Part shown: piece by piece, positions 8,961-19,181 of the stretch | Layout: every line of letters begins with the position of its first letter | How positions within the stretch are numbered: the first letter of the stretch is position 1 | Assembly: GCA_945952575.1 (NCBI GenBank) | Contig: CAMFIY010000001.1 | Location: 1-35,720, forward strand | Origin: an uncultured Leucobacter sp. | Lineage (GTDB): Bacteria; Actinomycetota; Actinomycetes; Actinomycetales; Microbacteriaceae | Reading direction: 5' to 3' | Length of the DNA: 35,720 nt | Position numbers and translations under genes: made by a program | Notes under the pieces: generated by a model | What the model saw: the letters and a program-made list of their open reading frames with translations, nothing else | Database searches by the model: none | Told to the model about the DNA's origin: nothing

Positions 8961-9512
8961 ATGGCAGGGAAGAAGCCATCCGAGAGCGCACAGCTCGAGG
9001 ATGCGATGAAGCGCGAGTTCGACGCGCTCTTCCGTACCTACTATTCCGTCATCTCGACCGCGGCGTACAACCGCTTGAACGATCTCAACGACGCGGAGGA
9101 CGTGGCCTCTGCCGTCTTCAGCGCAGCCTGGCGTCGGCGCCATGAAGAGGAGGATACGTTCACGCTCCCGTGGCTCTACTCCACGCTTCGCAACCTCGTC
9201 GGCAATGAGTACCGGCGCAGGACGCGGACCCTGCGGCGCGTGGAGCGTCTCGTCGGCGAGGCCGGTGCGGGCTCGTCCACGCATGTCGCGAACGATGAGC
9301 ACGAAGGGCTGCGCAGCCTGATCGCCTCCATGGAGCCTGCGGATCGAGAGCTGATCTGGATGGCCTACTGGGAGGAGCTGACCCGGGAAGAGATGGCCGT
9401 GCTCCTCGGATGCAGCGAGGGCGCCGTGCGAGTCCGGCTCCTGCGCGCCAGGAAGAAGCTGTCTGCACTCATGCGATCGGCTCAGGCCGTCGAGGGGGTG
9501 AACCGACCATGA
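8961..9512 (+). CDS. ECF sigma-70 factor
   Basis: AEDVASAVFSAAWRR, LPWLYSTLRNLVGNEYRR, region 4 LGCSEGAVRVRLLRARKKL; start could alternatively be 9006. Confidence 0.9.
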   Translation: MAGKKPSESAQLEDAMKREFDALFRTYYSVISTAAYNRLNDLNDAEDVASAVFSAAWRRRHEEEDTFTLPWLYSTLRNLVGNEYRRRTRTLRRVERLVGEAGAGSSTHVANDEHEGLRSLIASMEPADRELIWMAYWEELTREEMAVLLGCSEGAVRVRLLRARKKLSALMRSAQAVEGVNRP

Positions 9513-10480
9513 CCTCACGTGACGAACTCGACGACTTCCTGAAGCAGAACCGTCCGCCGACGATGCGCCGCGGAGAGCCGCTGGATCAGCGCCGCGAACT
9601 GCTCCTGGAAGACATCGTGCACGACCGGATCGGTCGGAATGCTCCCGACGCGCGCGCCTCCCGTCGCACCGTGAGCTCCCTGCTGATCGCTGCGGCCCTG
9701 GTGCTCCTCACCGTCATCGGGATAGCGACGCAGACGATCGGCAATCACTCGACGAGTGCCTTCGCCGTGACGCCGCGCCCGTTGAAGGCGCAACAGATTG
9801 ATGGGGATGTCGACATGGTTCTGACCAGGCTGAGCGAGTCGATCGCCGCCCCCAGAAAACAACGCGTGCAGTTCCAGTCCTGGGCGTTGCTGTTCACGCC
9901 GGAAACCAGCCCGATCCCCAAGGCGATACAGCCGCAGGAGACGACCATCGATGAGAAGGAGGACGGCACGGTGACCCTGAAGACCGTCGTAGTCGGGAAC
10001 TTCGACGCCGCCGGCGACAGCATCGAGGTCGATGACGGCCTGAAGCCGGGCTCGGTGCTCATGGATGAGCAGTTCGCGCCGGGAGAGTATCCCTACCTCT
10101 TCCCTGAGGTCGGGAAGAACCCCGACTGGGCCGGCTATCTGCGAGACGGATACGGGCTCGCCGCGGACGCGACGACCGGCGACTACTTCACCGCGATCCG
10201 CGGGCTGCTGTCCGAACGCACCCTGACCGCTGAGCAGCAGGCATCGCTCCTCCGCTTCATCGCCAAGCTCCCGGACGTGCGAGTCGACGGAGAGGTGACG
10301 GATCGGCTCGGGCGGCCGGGCATCAGTATCAGTGCGACGACCCGGATGGACGGCGAGTACCGGGACGTCCTCGTCCTCGCCGAAGGAGCCGGCATCGTGG
10401 CCTACGAATCCGTCTATGTCGGAACCGAGCGCACGGATCTTCGCGCCCCGGCAGTCATTGACTACACCGCCTGGAAATAA
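9509..10480 (+). CDS. CU044_5270-family-like single-TM putative anti-sigma/sensor protein
   Basis: ATGA-coupled to ECF sigma; one TM; C-terminal LLRFIAKLPDV..GEVTDRLGRPG motif. Confidence 0.75.
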   Translation: MTSRDELDDFLKQNRPPTMRRGEPLDQRRELLLEDIVHDRIGRNAPDARASRRTVSSLLIAAALVLLTVIGIATQTIGNHSTSAFAVTPRPLKAQQIDGDVDMVLTRLSESIAAPRKQRVQFQSWALLFTPETSPIPKAIQPQETTIDEKEDGTVTLKTVVVGNFDAAGDSIEVDDGLKPGSVLMDEQFAPGEYPYLFPEVGKNPDWAGYLRDGYGLAADATTGDYFTAIRGLLSERTLTAEQQASLLRFIAKLPDVRVDGEVTDRLGRPGISISATTRMDGEYRDVLVLAEGAGIVAYESVYVGTERTDLRAPAVIDYTAWK

Positions 10481-10502
10481 GAATGAAGAGGAGAACCCGC
10501 CA

Positions 10503-10961
10503 GTGAGAACCCGAATGATCGCGGCCCTGCTGCTCGGCGGAGCGCTGCTGGTCGCGTCCGGCACCGCCGCATCCGCAACCGACGATTCGCTCCAGAGCAG
10601 AATCGACGCGGTGCTCGAGGAGTTCCCGGGCGGCGTGCAGATAGCCCCGGATCAAGTGTCTTGGGAGTCGGGCGAGGTCATCCTCACGCTCGAAGGTGCG
10701 GCCTCCCCGTTCTCCGTGGGGAACTGTGCGACCGGGGCATTCTGCGCATACACCGGATCGAGTCTCAGCGGGACACGATTGCAGTTCACCAACTGCAGCG
10801 GAACGAACTCGGTGGCACCTCTCGGAGCACCGGTGAGGTCAGTCGCCAACGCACGCACCTCGGGCTCGGTCTACGCCTACAACGGCTCGACGAAGGTGCT
10901 CACCGTGGCCGCAGTGAGCTGGAAGAACACCACCGCAACCGTTACGCGGCTCGGATGCTGA
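10503..10961 (+). CDS. Secreted peptidase inhibitor I36-like (beta-gamma-crystallin-like) protein
   Basis: Signal peptide ending ASA; CATGAFCAYTGSSLSG and VRSVANA motifs; GAGGAG RBS before GTG 10503. Confidence 0.75.
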   Translation: MRTRMIAALLLGGALLVASGTAASATDDSLQSRIDAVLEEFPGGVQIAPDQVSWESGEVILTLEGAASPFSVGNCATGAFCAYTGSSLSGTRLQFTNCSGTNSVAPLGAPVRSVANARTSGSVYAYNGSTKVLTVAAVSWKNTTATVTRLGC

Positions 10962-11007
10962 GCGTCCGACACTGATCGGCGCCGCCTCCGGCTGCCGTCC
11001 CTGAACC

Positions 11008-11064
11008 ACCAGCCCATCTGACTCACTGCTTTGCCCATACGAATCGGGAGTCAGGTGGGCTGGT
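11008..11064. terminator. 17-bp inverted repeat between convergent genes (putative bidirectional terminator)
   Basis: ACCAGCCCATCTGACTC (11008-11024) pairs with GAGTCAGGTGGGCTGGT (11048-11064), one wobble/mismatch. Confidence 0.6.
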
Positions 11065-11124
11065 CCTATTCCGCGCGCGCCTGCCAAGCCCGCCGCGATT
11101 CGGCGTGAAGTGATCGGCGACCCG

Positions 11125-12072
11125 CTATGCGCCGCTCGCCGCCTCTACCCAGGAGGCCGTGCCCACTCGCCTGATCTCGCGGGGCTCACCCCAGTCGAGC
11201 CCGGGTGTGCGCAGCCAGATCGTCACGTCCGGCCCCCAACCCGCGAGCAGCGTGCGCGCCCCCGAACGCGTCTGGACCGGGACGCAGGAGGACTGCAGAT
11301 ACCCGTTCACCGTGAGATGCACGCCATCGTAGAGAGCGGAAAGCTGCGCCCAGTCCGGCATCTCCCAAGGGAATCCCGTCTCCCAGAGCCCCCACATGCG
11401 GTCTCTCGACCTGGTCACATCCGCGGGCGCCATATCTACGAGCTGAACCCAGTCGTCCAGGCCATCGATCTCGAAGACGCGATGCTCCCGCGTCGCACCC
11501 GTCGATGTTATGATGCTGGCGATTTTCGCGCCGAAGTCATCCTCATCGCCGAGGAGTTCGGTGGCAGGGAGACCGGGTTGGGATCCACTCGTCTCAACGA
11601 TCCCCGGCCCATGCGGCATCGACCACCACACTCCCGAGTGGATTTCCCGCCGTGCATCATTCATGTACTCGACGAGGGTGGTGTGCGTGTCGCCCTCGCT
11701 GACGGCCGCGGGTATCAGCGGCTCATCACTGCCGGGCCTGGACACGATGCTCTGCCGGGCGGGATCGACGGGCGTACTCCAGGTAGCAGAGATCCCCGAT
11801 TTCTCGATCGCGGCCCGCATAGCGAAGATCTCAGGCTCTGAGGCGACTCGTTCGAGTTCCATCTCGGGCCAGAAGAAGTAGATCTGCGACTCCATCGCCT
11901 GGTAGATCGCTTGCCAGACGGTACTCGCGGAGAGCTCCCGGATCTGCGAACCGTCACGGCTCCATCCCGCTACCTGCTCATCGTCGACTTCTGAGAGCAC
12001 CATGGTCACCCACTCCCAGGGCGGGCGGTAGTGAGGGGCCTGGGCGGAACCTCGAGTGTCACGGCCTTGCAT
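11125..12072 (-). CDS. Hypothetical protein (PDW..YDGVHLT..GYL..GW.PD.T.WL motif)
   Basis: 315-aa ORF with globular, Trp-rich composition; start uncertain (12072 or 12003). Confidence 0.7.
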   Translation of the reverse strand: MQGRDTRGSAQAPHYRPPWEWVTMVLSEVDDEQVAGWSRDGSQIRELSASTVWQAIYQAMESQIYFFWPEMELERVASEPEIFAMRAAIEKSGISATWSTPVDPARQSIVSRPGSDEPLIPAAVSEGDTHTTLVEYMNDARREIHSGVWWSMPHGPGIVETSGSQPGLPATELLGDEDDFGAKIASIITSTGATREHRVFEIDGLDDWVQLVDMAPADVTRSRDRMWGLWETGFPWEMPDWAQLSALYDGVHLTVNGYLQSSCVPVQTRSGARTLLAGWGPDVTIWLRTPGLDWGEPREIRRVGTASWVEAASGA

Positions 12073-12186
12073 GTCCCAATACCTCCATCCTCAGATGAGT
12101 GGCGCGCGTCTGGACCGTTGCCCTGACGCGGGGCTGCTCGTGATGGGCACGCACGGGCAACCCTCACTGTTTCACCGGTCGGTGGT

Positions 12187-13647
12187 CTAGGGACTGCCGG
12201 AACCCACCACGGTGAGCCTGTCCATCAGCGTCTTCGGCGAGTACCCCGGCTTCGTGATGGTCACCTGCACAGCCAGGTACATATCCCAGCCACCGCTCAC
12301 TTCCTCGAGATTGGGAACCACGAAGCTCGACTTCGTCGCGCCGGGCACATCGGTCGCGTCGTCGTCGATCTCGTTCTGCAGGGTCCACTGGAACGCTACC
12401 TTCGTGCCCGCAGGAAGCGTTGACAACGTGGCCGTCAGCTTCTCGCCGGCGAGCGCCTGGCCCGGCACCTCGTTGCCCGAGATCGTCACCTTCGTCGCTG
12501 ACGAGAAGGTCCTGACGTTCGAGACGGTGCCCGTGTCGTAGTTGACCTGGATCGCCTTCCCGGGGCGCACTGTGATCGTCTTCCCCTTCGCCGGATCCTT
12601 GCTCGTCGTGCCGAACACCGAGATGATCTGGTTCTTCCCGCTCATCCGCACGATCTTGTAGCTCGTCGAGGTGGCCCAACGCGCTTCACCATTGGGGAGT
12701 GCCGACCACCACGGGTTGATCTCGCGCTTCCCGGTCCGGTCGAAGAGCTTGTAGTAGCCCGGCTTCCCGGTCACGCCGATTGCCCCGTTGGCGAGCAGCG
12801 CCTCACTGTGCGGGGTCCGCTGGCCCATGACCGCGTGCACGGACACGGCCTTCGCGCACAGTTTCCCTCGTGCCCCCCACGGGGCGTATTTCACCGACTT
12901 GTTGGTGCTGAAGAAGAGGCGGTAGTCGCCGGCATTCTGAAAGACGATCGAGTACTTGCCCGGATCGCTGGGGCTCTCCTGCAGCGTCCACGTCTTGTCC
13001 GACACGTGCTTGCAATCGCCGGTGCGCACTTCGAGGTTGAGGCTGCTGGGCGCCACCGTCACCTCGGGCTTGTGGCTGAGCGTGATCCTGCCGAAGACCT
13101 CGGCAACATCCGGCTGCCCCATGAGCGGAGAGACCGTGTAGGTGTAGGCGGAGCTCTTCGCGGCCGGCGTCTTCGCCGTGGAGTTCACGTAGAGGCGGAA
13201 CTTCTTCGTGCCGACCTTGTTCACCACGATCGCGACACGGAATGTCTTTTGGCCGGTGACCGCGCTGCTGGCGATCCGGACCCAGGTCGTGCCGTTCCAC
13301 AACTGCAGTTGCACCGGCTTCCCGACCAGATTCTGTGTGGCCTTGCCTCTGAAGACGACTTTGTTCGTCACACTGACATTCGCGCCCGTGCGGCTCGTCA
13401 CCCGGATGGCGGAGTGCATCTTGCCGGACACCGGGCTTGCGCTCGCAGCGTCAGTCTCCGATGCTTCCAACGGGCTGCCGACTTGGGGCTGCTCGGACTG
13501 CACCACCGGCGCCGTCCCCTCCGGATCGCCGGGAAGCGCCGACGCCGCATTGGCGCCGACCCCGAGCCCCGCGATCAGCACCGCCGCCATGGCGCCCGAG
13601 GCGACTCGAGGAGACATCCTGCTCAAAAATGATCGGTATGACTGCAT
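12187..13647 (-). CDS. Secreted/surface multi-domain beta-rich protein with C-terminal Ig-like repeat
   Basis: AAGGGGAG RBS before ATG 13647; signal peptide ending ASA; Lys/Thr-rich; C-terminal VTISG...GEKLTA...FQW...VPGAT...VQVT repeat. Confidence 0.8.
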   Translation of the reverse strand: MQSYRSFLSRMSPRVASGAMAAVLIAGLGVGANAASALPGDPEGTAPVVQSEQPQVGSPLEASETDAASASPVSGKMHSAIRVTSRTGANVSVTNKVVFRGKATQNLVGKPVQLQLWNGTTWVRIASSAVTGQKTFRVAIVVNKVGTKKFRLYVNSTAKTPAAKSSAYTYTVSPLMGQPDVAEVFGRITLSHKPEVTVAPSSLNLEVRTGDCKHVSDKTWTLQESPSDPGKYSIVFQNAGDYRLFFSTNKSVKYAPWGARGKLCAKAVSVHAVMGQRTPHSEALLANGAIGVTGKPGYYKLFDRTGKREINPWWSALPNGEARWATSTSYKIVRMSGKNQIISVFGTTSKDPAKGKTITVRPGKAIQVNYDTGTVSNVRTFSSATKVTISGNEVPGQALAGEKLTATLSTLPAGTKVAFQWTLQNEIDDDATDVPGATKSSFVVPNLEEVSGGWDMYLAVQVTITKPGYSPKTLMDRLTVVGSGSP

Positions 13648-13818
13648 GCTGTCTCCCCTTGCCGCGTACATTGCACGACTGTGTTCGCGCCGGTTCAACC
13701 CCATCACATAACGAATTGATAGGCAAACGCACCCACGGGATCCGACTCGTTCGTGAAGCCATCCGACTTGAGCACACCGGCCTCTTGCAGGGCCCGAACG
13801 TCGCTGGACCGACAGGTC

Positions 13819-14695
13819 CTAGTCGACGAGTGTGACCAGATCGTCGCTCTTCACCGTCCCGTCGGCATCGATCTTCGACGTGTCCACGACCACCGTGATG
13901 CCCTTGCCCCGGGTGTCGACCTCGCCGATCTTCCCGAACGGCTTCGACACATCCCCGTCCCCGTTGAGCAGCCAGAACTCGAGTTCGCCGGAATCGTCGA
14001 TGTAGGCGTTGAAGTGCCAGCCCTTCTCGCTCACGGACGCATCGACGGTATCGGGGTTCGGGATCATCCGGTCGGGATGCGGCTCCTCCGGCGTCGGCTC
14101 CTCGATCCCCAGATATTCGCGCGCCTTCCCCGGCTCGACGAGCGGGAGTCCCGCCGACAACTGATCGCTGTCGGGCCCAAGCGCCTCGTGGAGCGGTATG
14201 CGAAGCGCTCCGTCGAGACAATATCCCGGGAAGAAGACCTCACCGCGCGGGGTCTCGATGAGCACGTAGTCGACCGTCCCCGGCTTCGTGTAGTCGGGGT
14301 CGGCCAGCGCGAGCCAGACCTCGGCATCGTGCGCGAACGCCCACTCCATCCCGGGCCAGAACGTGGGGTGCAAGCGGACCGTCTCCGTGTCACCGGAAAC
14401 GGTCTGCACCTCCACGTCAGTGGTCTTGATCAAGCCGGGGTCGGGGCTCTGCTCAGGGTTGAGCGCCGCGGCGGCCACCCAGTCCGTGTCCTGGCCGCCG
14501 TGTCGATTGGATCGCCGCCGTCGCCGGGGCCCCTGCGGGGCAGGCGCCGAAGGTCCTGCCGGGTTCGGCGGCGGACGCCCCGGCCGGCACGTCCCCGGGG
14601 TTCGAGCATCCCGCGAGCAGCACGGCAACGGCCAGAGTGGTCAGTGCGGTGAGGGCGCGCGATCGTTGCCTGGCCGGTGCCTACCGTTCTTCCAT
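13819..14695 (-). pseudogene. Decayed lipoprotein gene
   Basis: ATG 14695 gives MEER*APARQRSRALTALTTLAVAVLLAG-C (lipobox, Cys at 14608-14606) with in-frame TAG at codon 5; the acidic globular body (DTDWVAAA...LVTLVD*) lies in another frame, implying a frameshift. Confidence 0.65.
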
Positions 14696-14770
14696 CCGGA
14701 CGTTGTCGAAGCTGCCCGGGTTGTTCCCTGTTGCTCTCAGGTACGCGCAAGGCTGCAGTTGGTAGCCATT

Positions 14771-14915
14771 GGGGCTGCTGATGGTTTGGAGGGGCCCAAG
14801 GATCATGCCGCCATACCGATGGCATCCATCAGTATGGTTTCGAACTCGACCGGCGTCAGCTTCCATGGTCCGCGCCGACGACGCTTCCGGTGAGGTCGCG
14901 TCTCGATCGAGTACC
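14771..14915 (-). mobile_element. Degenerate IS3-family transposase 3' remnant with possible right end
   Basis: IETRPHRKRRRRGPWKLTPVEFETILMDAIGMAA* resembles the C-terminus of actinobacterial IS3 OrfB; followed by ...CAGCAGCCCC as a possible IR end. Confidence 0.55.
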
Positions 14916-14977
14916 TGAGATCTGCTGCGAGCACACATTCTGGAATGCGCACCGGCGGTGAAGCGGGACGCCCGGAG

Positions 14978-15014
14978 AAAGAGAAACGGCCCCGATCCTG
15001 CCCGATCGGAGCCG
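14978..15014 (-). terminator. Intrinsic terminator downstream of the displaced tRNA 3' end
   Basis: Minus strand CGGCTCCGATC-GGGCAG-GATCGGGGCCG followed by TTTCTCTTT. Confidence 0.6.
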
Positions 15015-15064
15015 CTGCCCGGTATTTCGTCGCAACTGGCTGCTCGATTTCATCAAGCAACCCT

Positions 15065-15087
15065 CGTGCGCGAGGGGGGACTTGAAC
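15065..15087. repeat. att core direct repeat (copy of tRNA-Leu 3' end)
   Basis: CGTGCGCGAGGGGGGACTTGAAC identical to 31037-31059. Confidence 0.95.
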
Positions 15088-15202
15088 TGACCTCGATCCC
15101 CTCGCGCCGCGAATCTGGGCCGAGCGTTCTGCCGCATAAAATCAACGATCTACGACATGTGACCTGTGGACAACTCCGCCGCGATACCTTGACCTACAGG
15201 TT

Positions 15203-15226
15203 GCTTAGCACTTTCGTTAGCACTTT
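15203..15226. repeat. Putative integrase arm-type sites (left): TAGCACTT x2
   Basis: TAGCACTT at 15206 and 15218 (12-bp period); same pair at 30957/30969. Confidence 0.7.
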
Positions 15227-15307
15227 TTGCAACGCTCTTTACTGTAAGGGCCGATAGCGTCGCCGCCCATCGCAGCGCCGATACCCATAGGTGATAAGGG
15301 TCTGTCC

Positions 15308-15688
15308 TTAGTTCACGATCGGTAGCCCGGTCGCCTGAGCTGCTTGTTCGAGGGATCCGAGGTTGGTGAGGTTCGTGAACCCGGACTGTTCCATGAGCGC
15401 GATCGCCTGGCCGGATCGGTTGCCTGAGCGGCAGTAGACGAGGTATTCGGCGTCTGGGTCGAGGCTCGGGATCGCGGCGGCGAGGTCGCCGCCGTTGAAG
15501 TCGAGCAGCTTGGCTCCATCGAGGTGCCCTGCTGAGTGCTCTGCGGCGGTGCGGACGTCGAGCAGGATCGTGGCATCACCGACTTCGACCGGGTTCGCAC
15601 CGCCAGCCGAGTTCGGCGCGGATGAGCAGGCTGCCAAGCCGAGCAGGAGCGCGACAGCGGAGAGGGAGATAGTGATTGAACGGAGCAT
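15308..15688 (-). CDS. Rhodanese-domain lipoprotein
   Basis: Lipobox LAAC; LLDVRT..EH.AGHLDGA, active-site loop YCRSGNRS. Confidence 0.92.
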   Translation of the reverse strand: MLRSITISLSAVALLLGLAACSSAPNSAGGANPVEVGDATILLDVRTAAEHSAGHLDGAKLLDFNGGDLAAAIPSLDPDAEYLVYCRSGNRSGQAIALMEQSGFTNLTNLGSLEQAAQATGLPIVN

Positions 15689-15702
15689 GGCGGGTGGCCC
15701 TT

Positions 15703-16323
15703 TCAGCTTGATTTTGGTCTGGTGGTGACGGATGGTTCAGGGGTCGGGTGTCCGACTGGCGCAGACCAGGGCGCAGCAAAGTGGGTGCTGGAACCCGTAT
15801 CGCAAGTGTCGCCCGGACAGTACTTGGGCGGTTGCTTGCTGAAACGGCTCTGTAGGGCGCAGCCGACGCAGATGCCGAACGCGGTCTCGAGGAAGAGCAG
15901 AGTGAGACAGGAGCCGCAGAGCGCGAGGGGGATCCAGAGCGGTGCCGCGAACAGGCCCATGCTCGCGCAGGCGACGAGGGCGAGGCCGAAGCCCAGCCAC
16001 CATGCGAGCTCCTTCTGCGGTGCGCCGACCCATTCCGGGCGCTGCCCTTTCACCGCAAGGCGGCCGAGCATCAGCGTGGGCGACCAGCGGTCACCTGCGG
16101 TCACACGCAAAAGCATGTCGATCATGAAGAACATGCCGAAGGGCTGCAGCGGCTGTGCCGAGCCGGTGAAGAACGCCGTCGCGAATGCGGCCCCGCCCAG
16201 CAGGAACATGATTCCCGCGGCCGCGCGCACAGCCCGCTCGTCGATGACGGGGATCGCGTGCCCGGGAACGACTCGGCCGATGCGCGAGGCTCGGGTTTCG
16301 GCGCTTGAGGCGTCAGCGATCAT
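15703..16323 (-). CDS. DUF4395-family membrane protein
   Basis: DERAVRAAAG, WVGAPQK, LETAFGICVGC, YCPGDTC. Confidence 0.85.
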   Translation of the reverse strand: MIADASSAETRASRIGRVVPGHAIPVIDERAVRAAAGIMFLLGGAAFATAFFTGSAQPLQPFGMFFMIDMLLRVTAGDRWSPTLMLGRLAVKGQRPEWVGAPQKELAWWLGFGLALVACASMGLFAAPLWIPLALCGSCLTLLFLETAFGICVGCALQSRFSKQPPKYCPGDTCDTGSSTHFAAPWSAPVGHPTPEPSVTTRPKSS

Positions 16324-16340
16324 TGGAGGCGTCTTCCGTT

Positions 16341-17132
16341 TCAGGCTGAGGTGAACAAGGACAGGAACGCAGGGGCTTCTTGGACGAGCACGAAGGCTCC
16401 CATTACGAGCACGAACACGCCGAACCCTTTACGGAGCGCGCGTCCGGGGATGCGCCCGGCCAGGGCGACGCCCGCGAACGACCCCGCGACGGCGGTCGCC
16501 GTGAAAGCGAGCACGATCGGCCAGTGCAGCTGCACCGAGAACAGGTAGCCGCCGAGTCCCGCGAACGACTTCATCGCGATCACGAGCAACGAGGTGCCCA
16601 CCGCGATCGCCATGGGCAGGCCGCCGAGCAGGTTGAGTGCGGGGACGATGAGGAAGCCACCACCCGCACCGACGAGGCCCGTGGCGATGCCGACGAGCAG
16701 CCCGTCGATGAGGATGCGCAGGATCGGCCTCGGGTGATCCGTAGCGCGCGCCGCGCCGCCGCGATCCTTGCGACCGCGGATCATGGCGGTCGCGGTGACG
16801 ATCATCATGATGGCGAACAGGATCATAAGCGCCACCCCGGGGATGAACCCGCCGAGCAGGCCGCCCGCGAACGCGCCGGCCATGCCCGCGATACCGAACA
16901 GGGCCCCGGTCTTCCAGCGCACACGTCCCGATCTGGCGTGGCCGATCATGCCGACCGCGCTAGTCGCGCCGACGATGAAGAGAGACGCGGCGATCGCCTC
17001 GCGCGGTTCCATCCCCAGCACATATGCGAGGATCGGGACGGTGAGGATCGATCCGCCGCCGCCCAGGAGCCCGAGGGACACGCCGACCAGCGCCGCCAGA
17101 GCGAGCGCGATGACGATCAGATGGGGTTCCAC
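16341..17132 (-). CDS. Sulfite exporter TauE/SafE family protein
   Basis: GLLGGGGSILTVP and GLVGAGGGFLIVP internal repeat, AVGTSL; 8 TM. Confidence 0.93.
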   Translation of the reverse strand: MEPHLIVIALALAALVGVSLGLLGGGGSILTVPILAYVLGMEPREAIAASLFIVGATSAVGMIGHARSGRVRWKTGALFGIAGMAGAFAGGLLGGFIPGVALMILFAIMMIVTATAMIRGRKDRGGAARATDHPRPILRILIDGLLVGIATGLVGAGGGFLIVPALNLLGGLPMAIAVGTSLLVIAMKSFAGLGGYLFSVQLHWPIVLAFTATAVAGSFAGVALAGRIPGRALRKGFGVFVLVMGAFVLVQEAPAFLSLFTSA

Positions 17133-17153
17133 TCGGACTCCTGAGTGCGCCGG

Positions 17154-18572
<1,419 letters not shown>

Positions 18573-18609
18573 GATCAGTTCTTTCTCGAGTGATGTAGTG
18601 ATTCAGGAG

Positions 18610-18726
18610 TCAGTTGCAGGTGCAGCGGTCGGCCTCGGGTACGCCGTAGAGGGCATCCTCGATGTGCTCGCCGCAGCCGGTCCAGGTGGGCCTGCCGCAG
18701 GCAGAGCAGGTGATTCGCGCGCACAT
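18610..18726 (-). CDS. 38-aa Cys-rich microprotein (not in ORF track)
   Basis: MCARITCSACGRPTWTGCGEHIEDALYGVPEADRCTCN*; AGAAAGGA RBS upstream; paralog of 19182-19370. Confidence 0.85.
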   Translation of the reverse strand: MCARITCSACGRPTWTGCGEHIEDALYGVPEADRCTCN

Positions 18727-18780
18727 AATGAGGGTCCTTTCTGACGATGTGCTGGATGGATGAGTGGATCTCAGCCGGTT

Positions 18781-19155
18781 TCAGGAGGCGGGCTGCGTGC
18801 CGCGCTCGGCGATCTGCCGACGCACGTCGTCCATATCGAGGTCACGGGCGCCCTGGATGAGCTGGTCGAGCTGCGCAGGAGGGAGAACCCCAGGCTGGGC
18901 GTAGACCGGGATCCCGTCGCGGAACACCATGAGAGTCGGGATCGAGCTGATGCGGAAGCTCGCTGCGAGCTGCTGCTCGGCCTCGGTGTCAACCTTGCCG
19001 AACACAATGTCTGGATGCTGCTCGGAGGCGCGCTCGAAGGTGGGGGCAAATGCCCGGCACGGCCCGCACCACGCCGCCCAGAAATCGACGAACACGATGC
19101 CATCACCGTTCACGGCACCCTCGAAGGTGTCCAGCGTCAGATTCCTCGTAGCCAT
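18781..19155 (-). CDS. Thioredoxin
   Basis: VDFWAAWCGPCRAF, ISSIPTL; GAAGGAA RBS before ATG 19155. Confidence 0.93.
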   Translation of the reverse strand: MATRNLTLDTFEGAVNGDGIVFVDFWAAWCGPCRAFAPTFERASEQHPDIVFGKVDTEAEQQLAASFRISSIPTLMVFRDGIPVYAQPGVLPPAQLDQLIQGARDLDMDDVRRQIAERGTQPAS

Positions 19156-19181
19156 TGCCTGTTCCGTTCCTTCTCTGCGGT

